64,000 bases of DNA from Candidatus Kaiserbacteria bacterium (GTDB lineage: Bacteria > Patescibacteriota > Minisyncoccia > Phycocordibacterales > Phycocordibacteraceae): assembly GCA_023264445.1 (NCBI GenBank), contig JAHFMN010000002.1, positions 66,365-130,364 on the forward strand, read 5' to 3'. The position numbers and the translations under genes are program-made. Of this stretch, positions 18,775-28,765 are shown one piece after another. Below the pieces are notes generated by a model. The model did not search any database. It saw only the letters and a program-made list of their open reading frames with translations, and was not told where the DNA came from. Position 1 is the stretch's first letter; the number at the start of each line of letters is the position of its first letter.

Positions 18775-19086
18775 GTGAAAAAGCACATACTCCTGGCTTC
18801 TACGCTCCTTTTCATCGGCACGGCATCTGCGCAGGGCTACCGTATGCCACAGCAATACCGCCCACCGGTAATGCAGCGCCCGATGATTCAGCCGTACGCC
18901 GGTGCTACCCCGATGTACTCGCAACCGTTTCAGTACTATGCGCCGCAGGTATACCGGTACCAGCCGCCGGTGATGGTGCCGCCGCCTCAGTACCAGATTC
19001 AGCCGTACGCCGGTGCCACCCAGATGTACCCGCAGTTCCTAGTTCGACCGCAACCGCCGCCGGTTATCTTTTACTACTACCGGTAA
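18775..19086 (+). CDS. Exported Pro/Gln/Tyr-rich small protein with internal repeat
   Basis: Signal peptide MKKHILLASTLLFIGTASA; SD AAAGGAGGT; promoter TTGACA 18707 and TAAGAT 18731. Confidence 0.65.
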   Translation: MKKHILLASTLLFIGTASAQGYRMPQQYRPPVMQRPMIQPYAGATPMYSQPFQYYAPQVYRYQPPVMVPPPQYQIQPYAGATQMYPQFLVRPQPPPVIFYYYR

Positions 19087-19091
19087 GCGCC

Positions 19092-19143
19092 CAGCCCTAG
19101 TGGAGAAGGACAGTCCTTCTCCACTAGGGCTGTCTTTCTTTTT
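19092..19143 (+). terminator. Long palindromic terminator between convergent genes
   Basis: 20-bp perfect arms CAGCCCTAGTGGAGAAGGAC / GTCCTTCTCCACTAGGGCTG followed by a T-rich tract. Confidence 0.7.
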
Positions 19144-19145
19144 CG

Positions 19146-20867
19146 TTAAACCATTCGGATATCGATGAGTCGCAGGCGGACAGGATTGCCGCGCGAGAAG
19201 GTGTCGCGCTCAAGATGCGCGAGCATATGCACCCTACTTCCCGATGAAAGCGTTTCTGCAGTGCGTGCGATGGCGCCTTTTGCAAAAAAGGTCACGGCGT
19301 CAATGTGCACATTTCCTTCATGTGCAGCTATTTTTAATTTCAAATGTTCCTCGCCTTTTCCAAAACGTGAAATCTCATGCGCGATGACCTCGCGTAAAAG
19401 AAACACCGGCTTCGGATTCTCCATACCGAACGGCGCGAGCCGCTCTATTTTTTTCAGGAACGATTCATTTATTTCTTCCGGTGCAATGGTGCCGTCGGCA
19501 TGCTTGGAAAGATCATCTTCGGCTTCTTGCGTCTCCAAACGTGCGTGCGCCTCGACGAGTCGGTCTTCCAGAAAAAATACTTCCGTATCTTGCACGGTGA
19601 AACCGCCCGCTTTTGCATGGCCGCCGAATTCTACAAACATGTTTTCCGTGCCGCGCATGAGCTCGAGGATATGCGTATCGCCGCCACTTCGCACTGAACC
19701 TTTGAGACTCATGTTCCCCTCCCTTCCCCAGAGGAATACTGGCCGCTCATATTCGTCTGCGATGGTATTGCACACGAGCCCGAGGAGTGCCGGGCGCCAT
19801 TCCGGATCGCCGAGCGCGATGACGCTACGCACCTCGCGCTCTTTGAGCCGCGTGTGCACCGCGCGCGTGATGGCGCCCGCTTCTGCCTTGCGCTGGCGGT
19901 TCGCCTTCTCGAGCTTTTTTGCGAGCGCGTCTGCTTCGCTCTCATCCTCCGTGGTGAAGAGGCGGAACGCATCGCGTGCATCGCCCATGCGGCTCGCCGC
20001 ATTCACACGCGGCGCTATCATGAAGCCGACATCGTCTTCGGTAATCGTGCGCTGGTTTACGCGCATGCCGCGACAGAGCTTCTGGAGGCCGATTCGCGGC
20101 GATTTGCGCATGACGAGGAGGCCATAGGTAGCGAGCAGCCGGTTCTCGTCTATAAGCGGGACCATGTCGGCGATGGTTGCGAGCCCCACCATGTCCAGGA
20201 GCCACTTCTCCCACCCCTCCGGCACCTTCTCGCGGAGCTTCGGTTCCACAGCGAGCGTCGCGCAGATGAGCTTCCACGCCACCGCCGAACCGCAGAGTCC
20301 GTGAAAGGGATATGCTTCATCCTCTCTCGCATTCGGGTTTACGACGGCGAATGCTTCGGGAAGCGTCTCGCCCGGGAGGTGATGGTCCGTGATGATGACA
20401 TCAATCCCAAGCTCCTTTGCGCGAGCAACCGGCTTGGTATCAGTGATGCCGGAATCAGCGGTGATGATGAGCGTGACGCCATCTTTTGCGAGCTTCTCAA
20501 TACCGCTTACATTCATGCCATACCCTTCTTCATGTCGATGCGGAATGTAATTTTGAAAGTTCGCTCCCGCTTTCTTGAGAAAATCGTGCAGAAGAGATCC
20601 GCCCGGAATGCCATCGCAGTCATAGTCGCTCCAGACAGCAATATGCTCTCGCGAGAGAATGGCGCTCGCGAAACGCTTCGCGGCCTTCTCCATATCAGTC
20701 ATGAGGAGCGGATCGTACAGGTGTAGATCGTATGAGGGATTCAGGAATTTTTCCGCCGCTTCTTTGGTCATGATGCCGCGGCGCGCAAGTAATGCAGCAG
20801 TTAGGTCATCGTACGAAGCAAGTTCGGTACGGAGCACCTCATCAAGCGGGTCATGGAGCGGAAACAT
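19146..20867 (-). CDS. recJ: Single-stranded DNA exonuclease RecJ
   Basis: DYDCDG, ITDHH, TIADMVPL..ENR, PRVNAASRM, FGGHAKAGG, PFGMENPKP. Confidence 0.95.
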   Translation of the reverse strand: MFPLHDPLDEVLRTELASYDDLTAALLARRGIMTKEAAEKFLNPSYDLHLYDPLLMTDMEKAAKRFASAILSREHIAVWSDYDCDGIPGGSLLHDFLKKAGANFQNYIPHRHEEGYGMNVSGIEKLAKDGVTLIITADSGITDTKPVARAKELGIDVIITDHHLPGETLPEAFAVVNPNAREDEAYPFHGLCGSAVAWKLICATLAVEPKLREKVPEGWEKWLLDMVGLATIADMVPLIDENRLLATYGLLVMRKSPRIGLQKLCRGMRVNQRTITEDDVGFMIAPRVNAASRMGDARDAFRLFTTEDESEADALAKKLEKANRQRKAEAGAITRAVHTRLKEREVRSVIALGDPEWRPALLGLVCNTIADEYERPVFLWGREGNMSLKGSVRSGGDTHILELMRGTENMFVEFGGHAKAGGFTVQDTEVFFLEDRLVEAHARLETQEAEDDLSKHADGTIAPEEINESFLKKIERLAPFGMENPKPVFLLREVIAHEISRFGKGEEHLKLKIAAHEGNVHIDAVTFFAKGAIARTAETLSSGSRVHMLAHLERDTFSRGNPVRLRLIDIRMV

Positions 20868-20893
20868 GTCTGCCTCATTGTATACTGTGTCGC

Positions 20894-21301
20894 ATGGAGG
20901 ACGTTTTCATGAAAATCATTCGGCGCGAGATCCCTGCCGATATCGTGTATGAAGATGCCGATACGGTCGCCTTCCTCGATATCCGGCCGAATACTCCCGG
21001 CCACACGCTCGTCGTGCCGAAGAAGCCCGTGCAGAATATTTTTGATGCGGATGATGAGACGCTCGCCGCTACGATGCGTACGGTGCGTAAGATCGCCCCT
21101 GCTGTGAGGGATGCAGTCGGTGCACATGGCGTGCACATCAATTCCAACCATGGCGCAGCGGCCGGACAGATCGTCTTCCATCTCCACTTTCATATAATCC
21201 CCCGCCACGACAAGAGTGAATTCGCTTTTTGGCCTCAAAATGAATATCCGCCCGGCGAGGCCGCTACGATAGCGGAGAAGATACGTCAGGCACTCGGCTG
21301 A
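20894..21301 (+). CDS. HIT family nucleotide hydrolase
   Basis: FLDIRP..PGHTLVVPK; HLHFHIIPR triad. Confidence 0.95.
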   Translation: MEDVFMKIIRREIPADIVYEDADTVAFLDIRPNTPGHTLVVPKKPVQNIFDADDETLAATMRTVRKIAPAVRDAVGAHGVHINSNHGAAAGQIVFHLHFHIIPRHDKSEFAFWPQNEYPPGEAATIAEKIRQALG

Positions 21302-22449
21302 TTATTTAGCGCTTCGATGCCGGGCAAGGTGCCGTTCCCGATGAAGTCGAGCATCGCACCACCTCCGGTGGAAACGAAGGAGAAGCGCGAGAGAAGGCCG
21401 AGATTCTGAATGGAAGCGACCGTGTCGCCGCCGCCCACTACCGAGTACGCGCCCGAGGCGGCGATGGCGCGCGCAAGCGCATCGGTCGCCTCGATGAATC
21501 CATTCTCATAATTTCCCAGAGGGCCGTTCCAGAGGATGACCTTGGCTTTCTGAGCGAGCTCTTTCAGGAGTGCCACGGTGGCTGGGCCATGGTCGAGGAT
21601 GACTTCGTCGCTCCGTACGTCGTCCACTGAAGCGATGCGTGCCTCTGCTCGCGCATCCATGCTTCCCATTGCACCCGCGGGAATGACGAGAGCGTCAACG
21701 GGCAAAACGATTTTCGGCGAGGCGAGGATATTTTTAATAGTCTGTTCGTCAGCGCCTGAAACGAGGGACTTCCCCACTTCTTTCCCGGATGCTTTGAGAA
21801 AATCATGCGCGAGCGCGCCGCCAATAAATAGATGGTCGTAGCTCGAGAGAAGAGTGGTGAGCACCGCCTCTTTCGTATTGAATTTCGCTCCGCCAATAAC
21901 GGCGAATGCAGGATGCTCCGGCGCGCGTGCTTGAAGCAGCACCCGTGCCTCTTCCTCAAGAAGCAGTCCGGCATACGACGGGAGCAGTTTCGGAAGGCCG
22001 ACGATGGAGGCATGCACACGATGGCAGGTGTCGAAAGAGTCTTCCACAAAGATGTCGGCAAGCGTGGCGAGCTCGCGGGCAAATGCGGAATCATTCTCTT
22101 TTTCTCTGCGGTCGCGCCGCAGGTTTTCCAGTACGAGCACCTGCCCCGGATGGAGGGAGCGGATAGCCGCCCGTGCTCCGGCACCGATAGTTTCTGGAAA
22201 GAATGACACATCAGGAACGAGTTTTCCCAGCGCGCGTGCCACCGGCGCGAGCGTCTCGGTCCCCTGCTCGCCGATATGGCCGATGAGCACTACTTTCGCA
22301 CCGCGCTCTTTCAAATATTGGATAGTCGGGAGCGCGCGGCGCAAACGATAATCATTTACAACGCTCTCATTTTCAACCGGAACGTTCAGTGCGGCGCGCA
22401 CCAGTACCGGAATATCCGCGAGAAGCCGTATATCGCGGATGCTCCGCAT
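21286..22449 (-). CDS. pgk: Phosphoglycerate kinase
   Basis: LENLR, HRVHAS, IGGAK, WNGPLG, GGGDT, STGGGA. Confidence 0.95.
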   Translation of the reverse strand: MRSIRDIRLLADIPVLVRAALNVPVENESVVNDYRLRRALPTIQYLKERGAKVVLIGHIGEQGTETLAPVARALGKLVPDVSFFPETIGAGARAAIRSLHPGQVLVLENLRRDRREKENDSAFARELATLADIFVEDSFDTCHRVHASIVGLPKLLPSYAGLLLEEEARVLLQARAPEHPAFAVIGGAKFNTKEAVLTTLLSSYDHLFIGGALAHDFLKASGKEVGKSLVSGADEQTIKNILASPKIVLPVDALVIPAGAMGSMDARAEARIASVDDVRSDEVILDHGPATVALLKELAQKAKVILWNGPLGNYENGFIEATDALARAIAASGAYSVVGGGDTVASIQNLGLLSRFSFVSTGGGAMLDFIGNGTLPGIEALNNQPSA

Positions 22450-22451
22450 AT

Positions 22452-23195
22452 TCAAGCGAGCTGTCGTACGAGCACCGAAAAGGCATCAGGGTCGACTGAC
22501 GCATGTCCGACAAGAAGCCCATCTACACCAGAGCTCGCAACGAGTGCGCGCGCATTTTCCGGCTCGACTGATCCGCCATAGAGAATGAGGGAACCGCGAG
22601 AGCTTTTTCCTGGAAGGAGTTCGGCGAGAACCTTGCGTATATAGAGAACCATCTCGGCGAGATCGTTTGGAGAAATCGCTGCTGCAGCAGTTTTGCCGAT
22701 AGCCCAGAGCGGTTCGTACGCGATGATGACCTCATTCCGTTCTTTCGGCGTAAGGGATTCTATGGCGGCAGTCATCTCTTCGCGCACGGTCGCGAGATAG
22801 CGCCCCTCGCCATCGCGCTCGCTCTCGCCGATGCAGAGAATTGGTCGGAGTCCGTGTGCGAGCGCATGTGCAAGCTTCTCGGCAATGATAGGGTCGGTGT
22901 CCCCCGCCGATCTTCGCTCGGAGTGACCGATGATTGCATAGGTCGCTCCGGCCGCTGCATATGCTTGTGCAGTCGCTTCCCCAGTGAACGCGCCGCCGGT
23001 GGTGCGGGATACGTCTTGTGCGGCAAAGGCGACTTTTGACTTGTTTCTTGCCGCGAGTGCACCGAGCAAGGGCGCAGGCGGCGCAAGGACAATGGAAATG
23101 TCGGTTGCAGACGCGAGACGCTTCGCAAGCTCAAAGAGTTTTTTTGCTTTCGATTGTTCTTCTACATAGGCCTTCCAGTTGGCGACAATGAGCAT
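22452..23195 (-). CDS. tpiA: Triosephosphate isomerase
   Basis: ANWK, GHSERR, AYEPLWAIG, YGGSV. Confidence 0.96.
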   Translation of the reverse strand: MLIVANWKAYVEEQSKAKKLFELAKRLASATDISIVLAPPAPLLGALAARNKSKVAFAAQDVSRTTGGAFTGEATAQAYAAAGATYAIIGHSERRSAGDTDPIIAEKLAHALAHGLRPILCIGESERDGEGRYLATVREEMTAAIESLTPKERNEVIIAYEPLWAIGKTAAAAISPNDLAEMVLYIRKVLAELLPGKSSRGSLILYGGSVEPENARALVASSGVDGLLVGHASVDPDAFSVLVRQLA

Positions 23196-23231
23196 GTTTC
23201 TATGATACCAGGGCGAAGCTCTCTCGCGTAT

Positions 23232-24569
23232 TCACCGGATAATAGCGTAGGTACCGGGAATGAAGCTCCAGCTTCCACCCGGACCGGACTCAAACACGGA
23301 ACTGGGAAGTCCAGTGTCGTAGGTGACGTTTGCGGAGTTCTGAAGATGAATCTTATAGGCCGTGACCTCTTTTAGAGAGACAGTATTCGCAAGTGGGATT
23401 AGCCCGTGTGCTGCATAGGCGACGAGCGCAGAGGCACTGTTGCTCAAACTAAAGGCCGCTACCGAGCCCCCGGTTTCAGCGCTCCTATTCTGAGAGATTA
23501 GAAAGACAAATGAGCCTGGGGTTCCGGAGTTCTGAAATGTCGCCGTGTTTGCGACCGTGATGATGCTGCTCGTGAGCCGATTCGACGGTTTGTCGGCTAT
23601 GATGGCCACGTTATTTGCTCCGAGAGAACTTGCCATCTTCACTTTTGAAGAGTTTTGGACCGTGATGTCGCCGGTGACCCAGACATGCCCGCCGATGGTC
23701 ACTATAGCGCTGTTGCTGATAATGAGATTACACGGAATTTTTATTGGTCCGAGCGAAACGCTACCGGAGGAGATAGAGTAATTGCCGCCCACGCAGGACG
23801 AAGTCGCCGTCCCGCCTGCTGTCGCAATCCCCTCCCACTCTGCGATCTGCTCATCAGAAATCGGTAAAGAACTCGTAGCCTGGTCAGCACTGTTTGGGTG
23901 CGAAGTGCCGTGCACCGTTGTATTAGTCTTAGTGGAATAATAGTAGGCGTCTTTATCTATAATCGTGCTCTCTGAAGCATTTCCGATGGTATGGGCATAT
24001 ACGGAGCTCGTCGCGTGGATGCCATACACGAGCCCGTTTGATCCCGAGGAGACGACATCGCCGTAGATATAATTCTGGCTCGTGCCGATGACCGAACCGC
24101 TTGAGAACACATTACCGATCACCGTGGAAGAGTTCTCCATGAAGAAGCCGCCATTTCCGGACTGTATGCCATAGTGGAATGAGACGACCGAGCTATCGAT
24201 TCCGACATTTGCCTTGATAGTCTTCGTCGCCACAGGATTTGCGCTGTTCGGTACGGAGGCGGTTATGGTGATACGTTTCGTATCGGTATCGACGGTTGCA
24301 AGCGTAATGGTATATACGCCGCCACCCAATGCGGTGTTGGCCTCACCAGCGTAGCTCGGGTCCTGGTTCAGCTGGTAGACTGCTGCATCGAGAGCCCCCT
24401 CGGCGATAGAAAGAGCCTGTGCCGCGGCAACCGTCGTCCGCCCGGCCTTACTGTAGGAAGTTACGTGTCCCACGAGCGCAGCTGATACCGTGAAAAAGAT
24501 TCCGGCAAAGACAAGGGCGAGCAGTATGACCTGTCCTCGAGAGTAGTGTGATGGTATGACGCGGGTCAT
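23232..24569 (-). CDS. PilX-like minor pilin / pilus-tip protein with large beta-rich C-domain
   Basis: RG^QVILLALVF...AAAQALSIAEGA N-terminus; last gene of the pil operon. Confidence 0.7.
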   Translation of the reverse strand: MTRVIPSHYSRGQVILLALVFAGIFFTVSAALVGHVTSYSKAGRTTVAAAQALSIAEGALDAAVYQLNQDPSYAGEANTALGGGVYTITLATVDTDTKRITITASVPNSANPVATKTIKANVGIDSSVVSFHYGIQSGNGGFFMENSSTVIGNVFSSGSVIGTSQNYIYGDVVSSGSNGLVYGIHATSSVYAHTIGNASESTIIDKDAYYYSTKTNTTVHGTSHPNSADQATSSLPISDEQIAEWEGIATAGGTATSSCVGGNYSISSGSVSLGPIKIPCNLIISNSAIVTIGGHVWVTGDITVQNSSKVKMASSLGANNVAIIADKPSNRLTSSIITVANTATFQNSGTPGSFVFLISQNRSAETGGSVAAFSLSNSASALVAYAAHGLIPLANTVSLKEVTAYKIHLQNSANVTYDTGLPSSVFESGPGGSWSFIPGTYAIIR

Positions 24570-25126
24570 AGCGTTGGTTGCAGGTTGCGCAAGTGTAATT
24601 GTTCTCGCAGATGGCTCTGCACCACCTCCTGCTTGAATTGCGCCTGCATGCGTAGCTCGGCAGTTACATTCGCGACTTGAGCGAAGTCGGCATTGTCATA
24701 CGTGAAAGAGAGAGCATTAAGCGTGGTGGAGAGCAGGGTGAGGCCTGAAACGCGAGTACTTCCCGACCCTGCTTCAACCAGACGGTAGAATTTTGCTGAA
24801 TCGGTGTAGAAGGCGACGTAGTCTTTCACCCCGGAGATGATATTTCCGGAACTATCGATGGAAGGGAGCTCTAGGACGAGCACGGTTGTAGAAGAAGTGT
24901 ACGTCGTGCCGGAAAAGCTGCGGGAAGCAAGCACATGTTCTGCGGGAAAGACGGCCGCTTCAAGTGCATTTAGTGTTTTGCTCGCGGAGCCGGAGGTGGC
25001 CATGAAGACCTGCTGGTATCCATATATGGAATTGAAAATAAAGAAGAGATTGGAGAGTGCAATAAGCGCGAGCGCGCTTATGCCGATGACGATGACTGAT
25101 TCCAATAAGGTAAAGCCACGTTTCAT
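24566..25126 (-). CDS. Type IV prepilin-like protein (PilW-like)
   Basis: KRG^FTLLE class III signal peptide. Confidence 0.85.
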   Translation of the reverse strand: MKRGFTLLESVIVIGISALALIALSNLFFIFNSIYGYQQVFMATSGSASKTLNALEAAVFPAEHVLASRSFSGTTYTSSTTVLVLELPSIDSSGNIISGVKDYVAFYTDSAKFYRLVEAGSGSTRVSGLTLLSTTLNALSFTYDNADFAQVANVTAELRMQAQFKQEVVQSHLREQLHLRNLQPTL

Positions 25127-25509
25127 AAGCCGTTGTCTTCAGTGATAAGTGTTGTGAGAGAGACTGATCGCGTACTAGAGCCCGCACCTCTCCATGACAC
25201 GCTTACCTCCACTTGTTTCGTTTTTGCATTTACGCTCGTAATCATCAGGGAGGTAGTACCTGCTGCGAGTGAGCTAAGAAGCGTGTCGGCGAATGAACCA
25301 CTTACAGGGAGTGCAGCGTAGCCAGAAGCGCGCAGCGTCTCGATCTTATTGCGCGCTATGCGAAGAGCAAGGTCCTGATCGCGGACTTCCCTCCCCCCGA
25401 CGGGAATACGCGCAAGTAGCGCACCGGTTGCGGCGATGAGAATGCCGATGATGGCGACTGCGACCGTTACCTCAATTAGCGTGAATCCTCGAGTGGACTG
25501 CCGCATCAT
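25123..25509 (-). CDS. Type IV prepilin-like protein (PilV-like)
   Basis: RG^FTLIEV; C-terminal KQVEVSVSW...SLTTLI. Confidence 0.85.
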   Translation of the reverse strand: MMRQSTRGFTLIEVTVAVAIIGILIAATGALLARIPVGGREVRDQDLALRIARNKIETLRASGYAALPVSGSFADTLLSSLAAGTTSLMITSVNAKTKQVEVSVSWRGAGSSTRSVSLTTLITEDNGL

Positions 25510-25510
25510 G

Positions 25511-26728
25511 TTAGATGGCGGAGGAAAGCTGGTAAATCGGCGCAATCATGGACACGGCGAAGACGCCCACAATCGTACCGATGACGAGCATGAGGATCGG
25601 CTCGATGATGGTGGAGAGGTTTTTCGTCTTTTCGGCGACCGTCTCTTCATAAAATTCGGCGATTTGTTTCAGCATGTCGGCGACTTTACCCGTCTCCTCG
25701 CCCACCGCGAGCATCTCGCCCATCAAGATGGGATAGATCTTTTCATGTTCGATGAACGAAGTGGAGAGTGGCTCTCCTTTCTTAACGTGCGCCTCGGCTT
25801 CTTCTACGACCTCTGCAAACATACTTGCCTGCACGACGCTGCGCGTGATGGAGAGAGCGCTTAATACGGGCACGCCGGCTGCAAGGAGCGAGGAAAGCGT
25901 CCGGGCAGTGCGCGCGGTATACGTCTCGCGCACCAATTCGCCGATAATCGGCAGGTGGAGCGCAACGCGCAGCATTATTTTTCCTCCTACTTTTGACTGG
26001 AAGAAGAGGAAGCTGCCGAGTGCGAGTACCGCAAGCGTCAGAAGCACCGCCACCATATGGCTCACCATGAAACTCGATAAGAACACGATGACGCGGGTCG
26101 CAAGCGGCACTTGCACCCCGAGCGATGTGAAGGTACTGGTCAGGGTCGGTACTACATAGAGAAGCATCAGGATAGCGACGATGATGACTGCAGTGATAAC
26201 GATGGCTGGGTAGATCATCGCACCCTTTATTTTCCGTATCAGTTCCTCGGAGCGTTCCATCTGGAGGGCGACGATGGAGAGCGATTCGGTCAGGGCGCCT
26301 GATTCCTCCCCCGCTCGCACCATCGCGACAAAGAGTTCAGGGAATACGCGCGGGTAGTCTGCGAGGGCCTCGTGGAACGATGTTCCTTTCTTTATTGATT
26401 CAGAGAGACCAGTGATGACCCGCTTCAGATACGCATTACTCGATTGACGTTCGATGATGGAGAGCGCACGCGAAATGGAAATACCGGCAGAAAGCATCGA
26501 GGAGAGATTCTTTGCGGTACGAACAATTTCTATGCGCTTTATTCCCGTGCCGATTGATATATTGAGATTCACCAATTTCCCGGAGATAAATCCGTCTTGT
26601 TCCGTAATTGAGACGACGAGACCTCCTTCACGCCGTATTTGTTCATATATCTCAAAGCGCGAAGGCGCCTCAATCATCCGTATTTCGTCCGGTGCGTTTT
26701 CCTTTCGTATGGTGACACGGAATTTCAT
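25511..26728 (-). CDS. pilC: Type IV pilus platform protein PilC (T2SS F family)
   Basis: AGEESGAL, GAMIYP, GEETGKV, IEPILM. Confidence 0.93.
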   Translation of the reverse strand: MKFRVTIRKENAPDEIRMIEAPSRFEIYEQIRREGGLVVSITEQDGFISGKLVNLNISIGTGIKRIEIVRTAKNLSSMLSAGISISRALSIIERQSSNAYLKRVITGLSESIKKGTSFHEALADYPRVFPELFVAMVRAGEESGALTESLSIVALQMERSEELIRKIKGAMIYPAIVITAVIIVAILMLLYVVPTLTSTFTSLGVQVPLATRVIVFLSSFMVSHMVAVLLTLAVLALGSFLFFQSKVGGKIMLRVALHLPIIGELVRETYTARTARTLSSLLAAGVPVLSALSITRSVVQASMFAEVVEEAEAHVKKGEPLSTSFIEHEKIYPILMGEMLAVGEETGKVADMLKQIAEFYEETVAEKTKNLSTIIEPILMLVIGTIVGVFAVSMIAPIYQLSSAI

Positions 26729-26732
26729 ATGT

Positions 26733-28481
26733 CTATTCGCTTATGGCGCGCAAGACCTCTTCAATGCTCGTGATGCCGCGTGCGGCCTTGTAGAGCCCGT
26801 CTTCAAGCATCGTGAGCATACCCTCTTTCTTCGCCTGCGTCTCAATGGCATCGCTAGTGCTTGAGCGGAGAATAATCTCGCGGATTGTCGGGGTAACCGC
26901 AAGCACTTCATGGATGCCGATACGGCTCTTGTATCCGTCTTCGCATTCGGGAGTCGGCGTCGGTCGATAGAAGGAGAGGTCATCGAGCGTGGACCCTTTC
27001 TTGACGAGCTTTTCATCTTCAAGGGCTTTGAACGCCGCTTTGAATTCCGTATCAGCGGCGATTTTCGCCCGCATCGCGGTACTCATGGAGTAAGACTCTT
27101 TACTCTCACAAAGCTTGCGAACGAGCCGTTGCCCGATGATGACACGGACGGTAGAAGCGAGAAGGAAGGGTTCCACGCCCATATCAAGGAGGCGCGGGAT
27201 GGAGCCGGCAGCGCTGTTGGTGTGAATAGTCGAGAGCACGAGATGGCCAGTGAGTGCAGCGTTGATGGCAAGCGAAGCCGTCTCGCTGTCGCGGATTTCG
27301 CCGACCATGATGATGTCAGGGTCCTGGCGCACGAGCGAGCGGAGTCCATTTGCAAAGGTGAATCCGATGGTTGGATTTACCTGTGTCTGGTTGACCCGCT
27401 TCATCTGGTACTCGATAGGGTCTTCGATCGTGGAGATGTTTACGTCCGGCTGGTTGAGGATATCCATCATCGTATACAGCGTTGTCGTCTTGCCGCTTCC
27501 AGTTGGGCCCGAGATGAGGATGATGCCGCTCGTCTGCTTGAGCGCACGATGAATGCGCTCCGTATTTTCCCCGTGGAGACCGAGTACGTCGAGCGTGAAG
27601 CCCTCCCCCGTTTCGCGCAGAAGGCGCATCACCGTCTTCTCACCGAAGAAGGTTGGGAGGATTGAGACGCGGAAGGACACGCGATCTGCTTCGGTCTCCA
27701 TCTTGAAGCGGCCGTCCTGCGGGAGGCGCTTTTCATCGAGTTTTAGATTGGAGAGCACTTTGATGCGCGCGACGACGCTCGGAGCCGCAGCCTTCGGTAG
27801 CGTCATCGCGTCGTGGAGGATGCCGTCAATGCGATAGCGCACTAGCACCTCGCTTTCCATCGGTTCGATATGGATGTCGGAAGCGCCTTGCACGATGGCA
27901 TGCCGCAGAAGCGTATCCACGATGCGCACGATGGGCAGGTCCTCCGCCATCTTCTTGAGGTCATCGCTTGAGAGGTCCTTGTTTCCCTCTGCGATGACCC
28001 TGATTTTCCCCGCCTCGGTAGAAATGATGTCGCCAAACTCGTCCTTGAGCGATTTCTGGTACTGCAGGAGGGAGAATTTGATGCTCTCGGTATCGGTGAG
28101 CCGCGAAAGGATCTTCAAGCCGGTCTTCTTGCGCACTGAATCGATCGAGGAGAGGTCTTCCACGTCGAGCATCGCCACTTCAAGCGATTCTCCTTCTTTC
28201 TTGTACGCGATGATATTGTGCGTGCGCGCAATCGGCTCGGGGATGAGCGCGAGCACCTCAACCGGAATCCGGTGGTCTTTTAGGTTTACGAACGGAATAC
28301 CGAGCACATACGCCTGGATGCGCCGGAGTGCGTCATCGGTCAAGGAGCCGCACGAGACGAGGATATCGCCGAGCGATTGGCCGCGTTTCTTCGCCTCTTC
28401 ATCGGCAGCATCAATTTCTTTCTTGGCGACGAGGCCAGAATCAATAATGAACTCTTTCAGTTCGCCTTCTGAAACGTGCAT
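26733..28481 (-). CDS. pilB: Type IV pilus assembly ATPase PilB (GspE/PulE family)
   Basis: ASDIHIEP, GPTGSGKTTT, TIEDPIEY, RQDPDIIMVGEIRD, TGHLVLSTIHTN. Confidence 0.95.
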   Translation of the reverse strand: MHVSEGELKEFIIDSGLVAKKEIDAADEEAKKRGQSLGDILVSCGSLTDDALRRIQAYVLGIPFVNLKDHRIPVEVLALIPEPIARTHNIIAYKKEGESLEVAMLDVEDLSSIDSVRKKTGLKILSRLTDTESIKFSLLQYQKSLKDEFGDIISTEAGKIRVIAEGNKDLSSDDLKKMAEDLPIVRIVDTLLRHAIVQGASDIHIEPMESEVLVRYRIDGILHDAMTLPKAAAPSVVARIKVLSNLKLDEKRLPQDGRFKMETEADRVSFRVSILPTFFGEKTVMRLLRETGEGFTLDVLGLHGENTERIHRALKQTSGIILISGPTGSGKTTTLYTMMDILNQPDVNISTIEDPIEYQMKRVNQTQVNPTIGFTFANGLRSLVRQDPDIIMVGEIRDSETASLAINAALTGHLVLSTIHTNSAAGSIPRLLDMGVEPFLLASTVRVIIGQRLVRKLCESKESYSMSTAMRAKIAADTEFKAAFKALEDEKLVKKGSTLDDLSFYRPTPTPECEDGYKSRIGIHEVLAVTPTIREIILRSSTSDAIETQAKKEGMLTMLEDGLYKAARGITSIEEVLRAISE

Positions 28482-28584
28482 ATACCTTTGAAGTATAACG
28501 CGCCCATACTCAACTCTAGCGTGCTGTGCATATATACTGTTGCTATTGACGCAGTTTCGCTCTTTAACAATTCGGAAGATGTAA

Positions 28585-28670
28585 GACATCCTAGGTAACG
28601 TTCGACGTTACAGCAGGATTAGGATGTCGCGTACGGGGGCGAATCGTAAACGATTCGCCCCCAACTCTTT
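28585..28670 (+). ncRNA. Candidate small structured RNA (two hairpins)
   Basis: GACATCCTA/TAGGATGTC outer stem with inner GTAACGT/ACGTTAC, then a 12-bp GC hairpin at 28635-28662; no ORF. Confidence 0.3.
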
Positions 28671-28673
28671 CTA

Positions 28674-28736
28674 TTGACGCGCGCAGTGCTTCTGGTATAC
28701 TTCCTCATACCTGAATGCCCCGCAGAGGGCTTTCTT
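28674..28736 (+). promoter_or_regulatory. nusA promoter and short GCCC/GGGC leader hairpin (rimP-leader-like)
   Basis: TTGACG 28674-28679, TATACT 28696-28701, then GCCC-CGCAGA-GGGC-TTTCTTT. Confidence 0.5.
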
Positions 28737-28765
28737 TATAAAACGTGCGACATACATAATCCATA

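Noticed and set aside
22370-22410. PGK N-terminal RAALNVP instead of RVDFNVP as a sign of pseudogenisation
   Set aside because: The ORF is full-length with the other catalytic motifs intact and is coupled to tpiA; treated as divergence.
28590-28617. TAGG…AGCAG resembling the SRP RNA domain IV loop
   Set aside because: Lacks the CAGG/GNRA tetraloop geometry; kept only as a generic ncRNA candidate.
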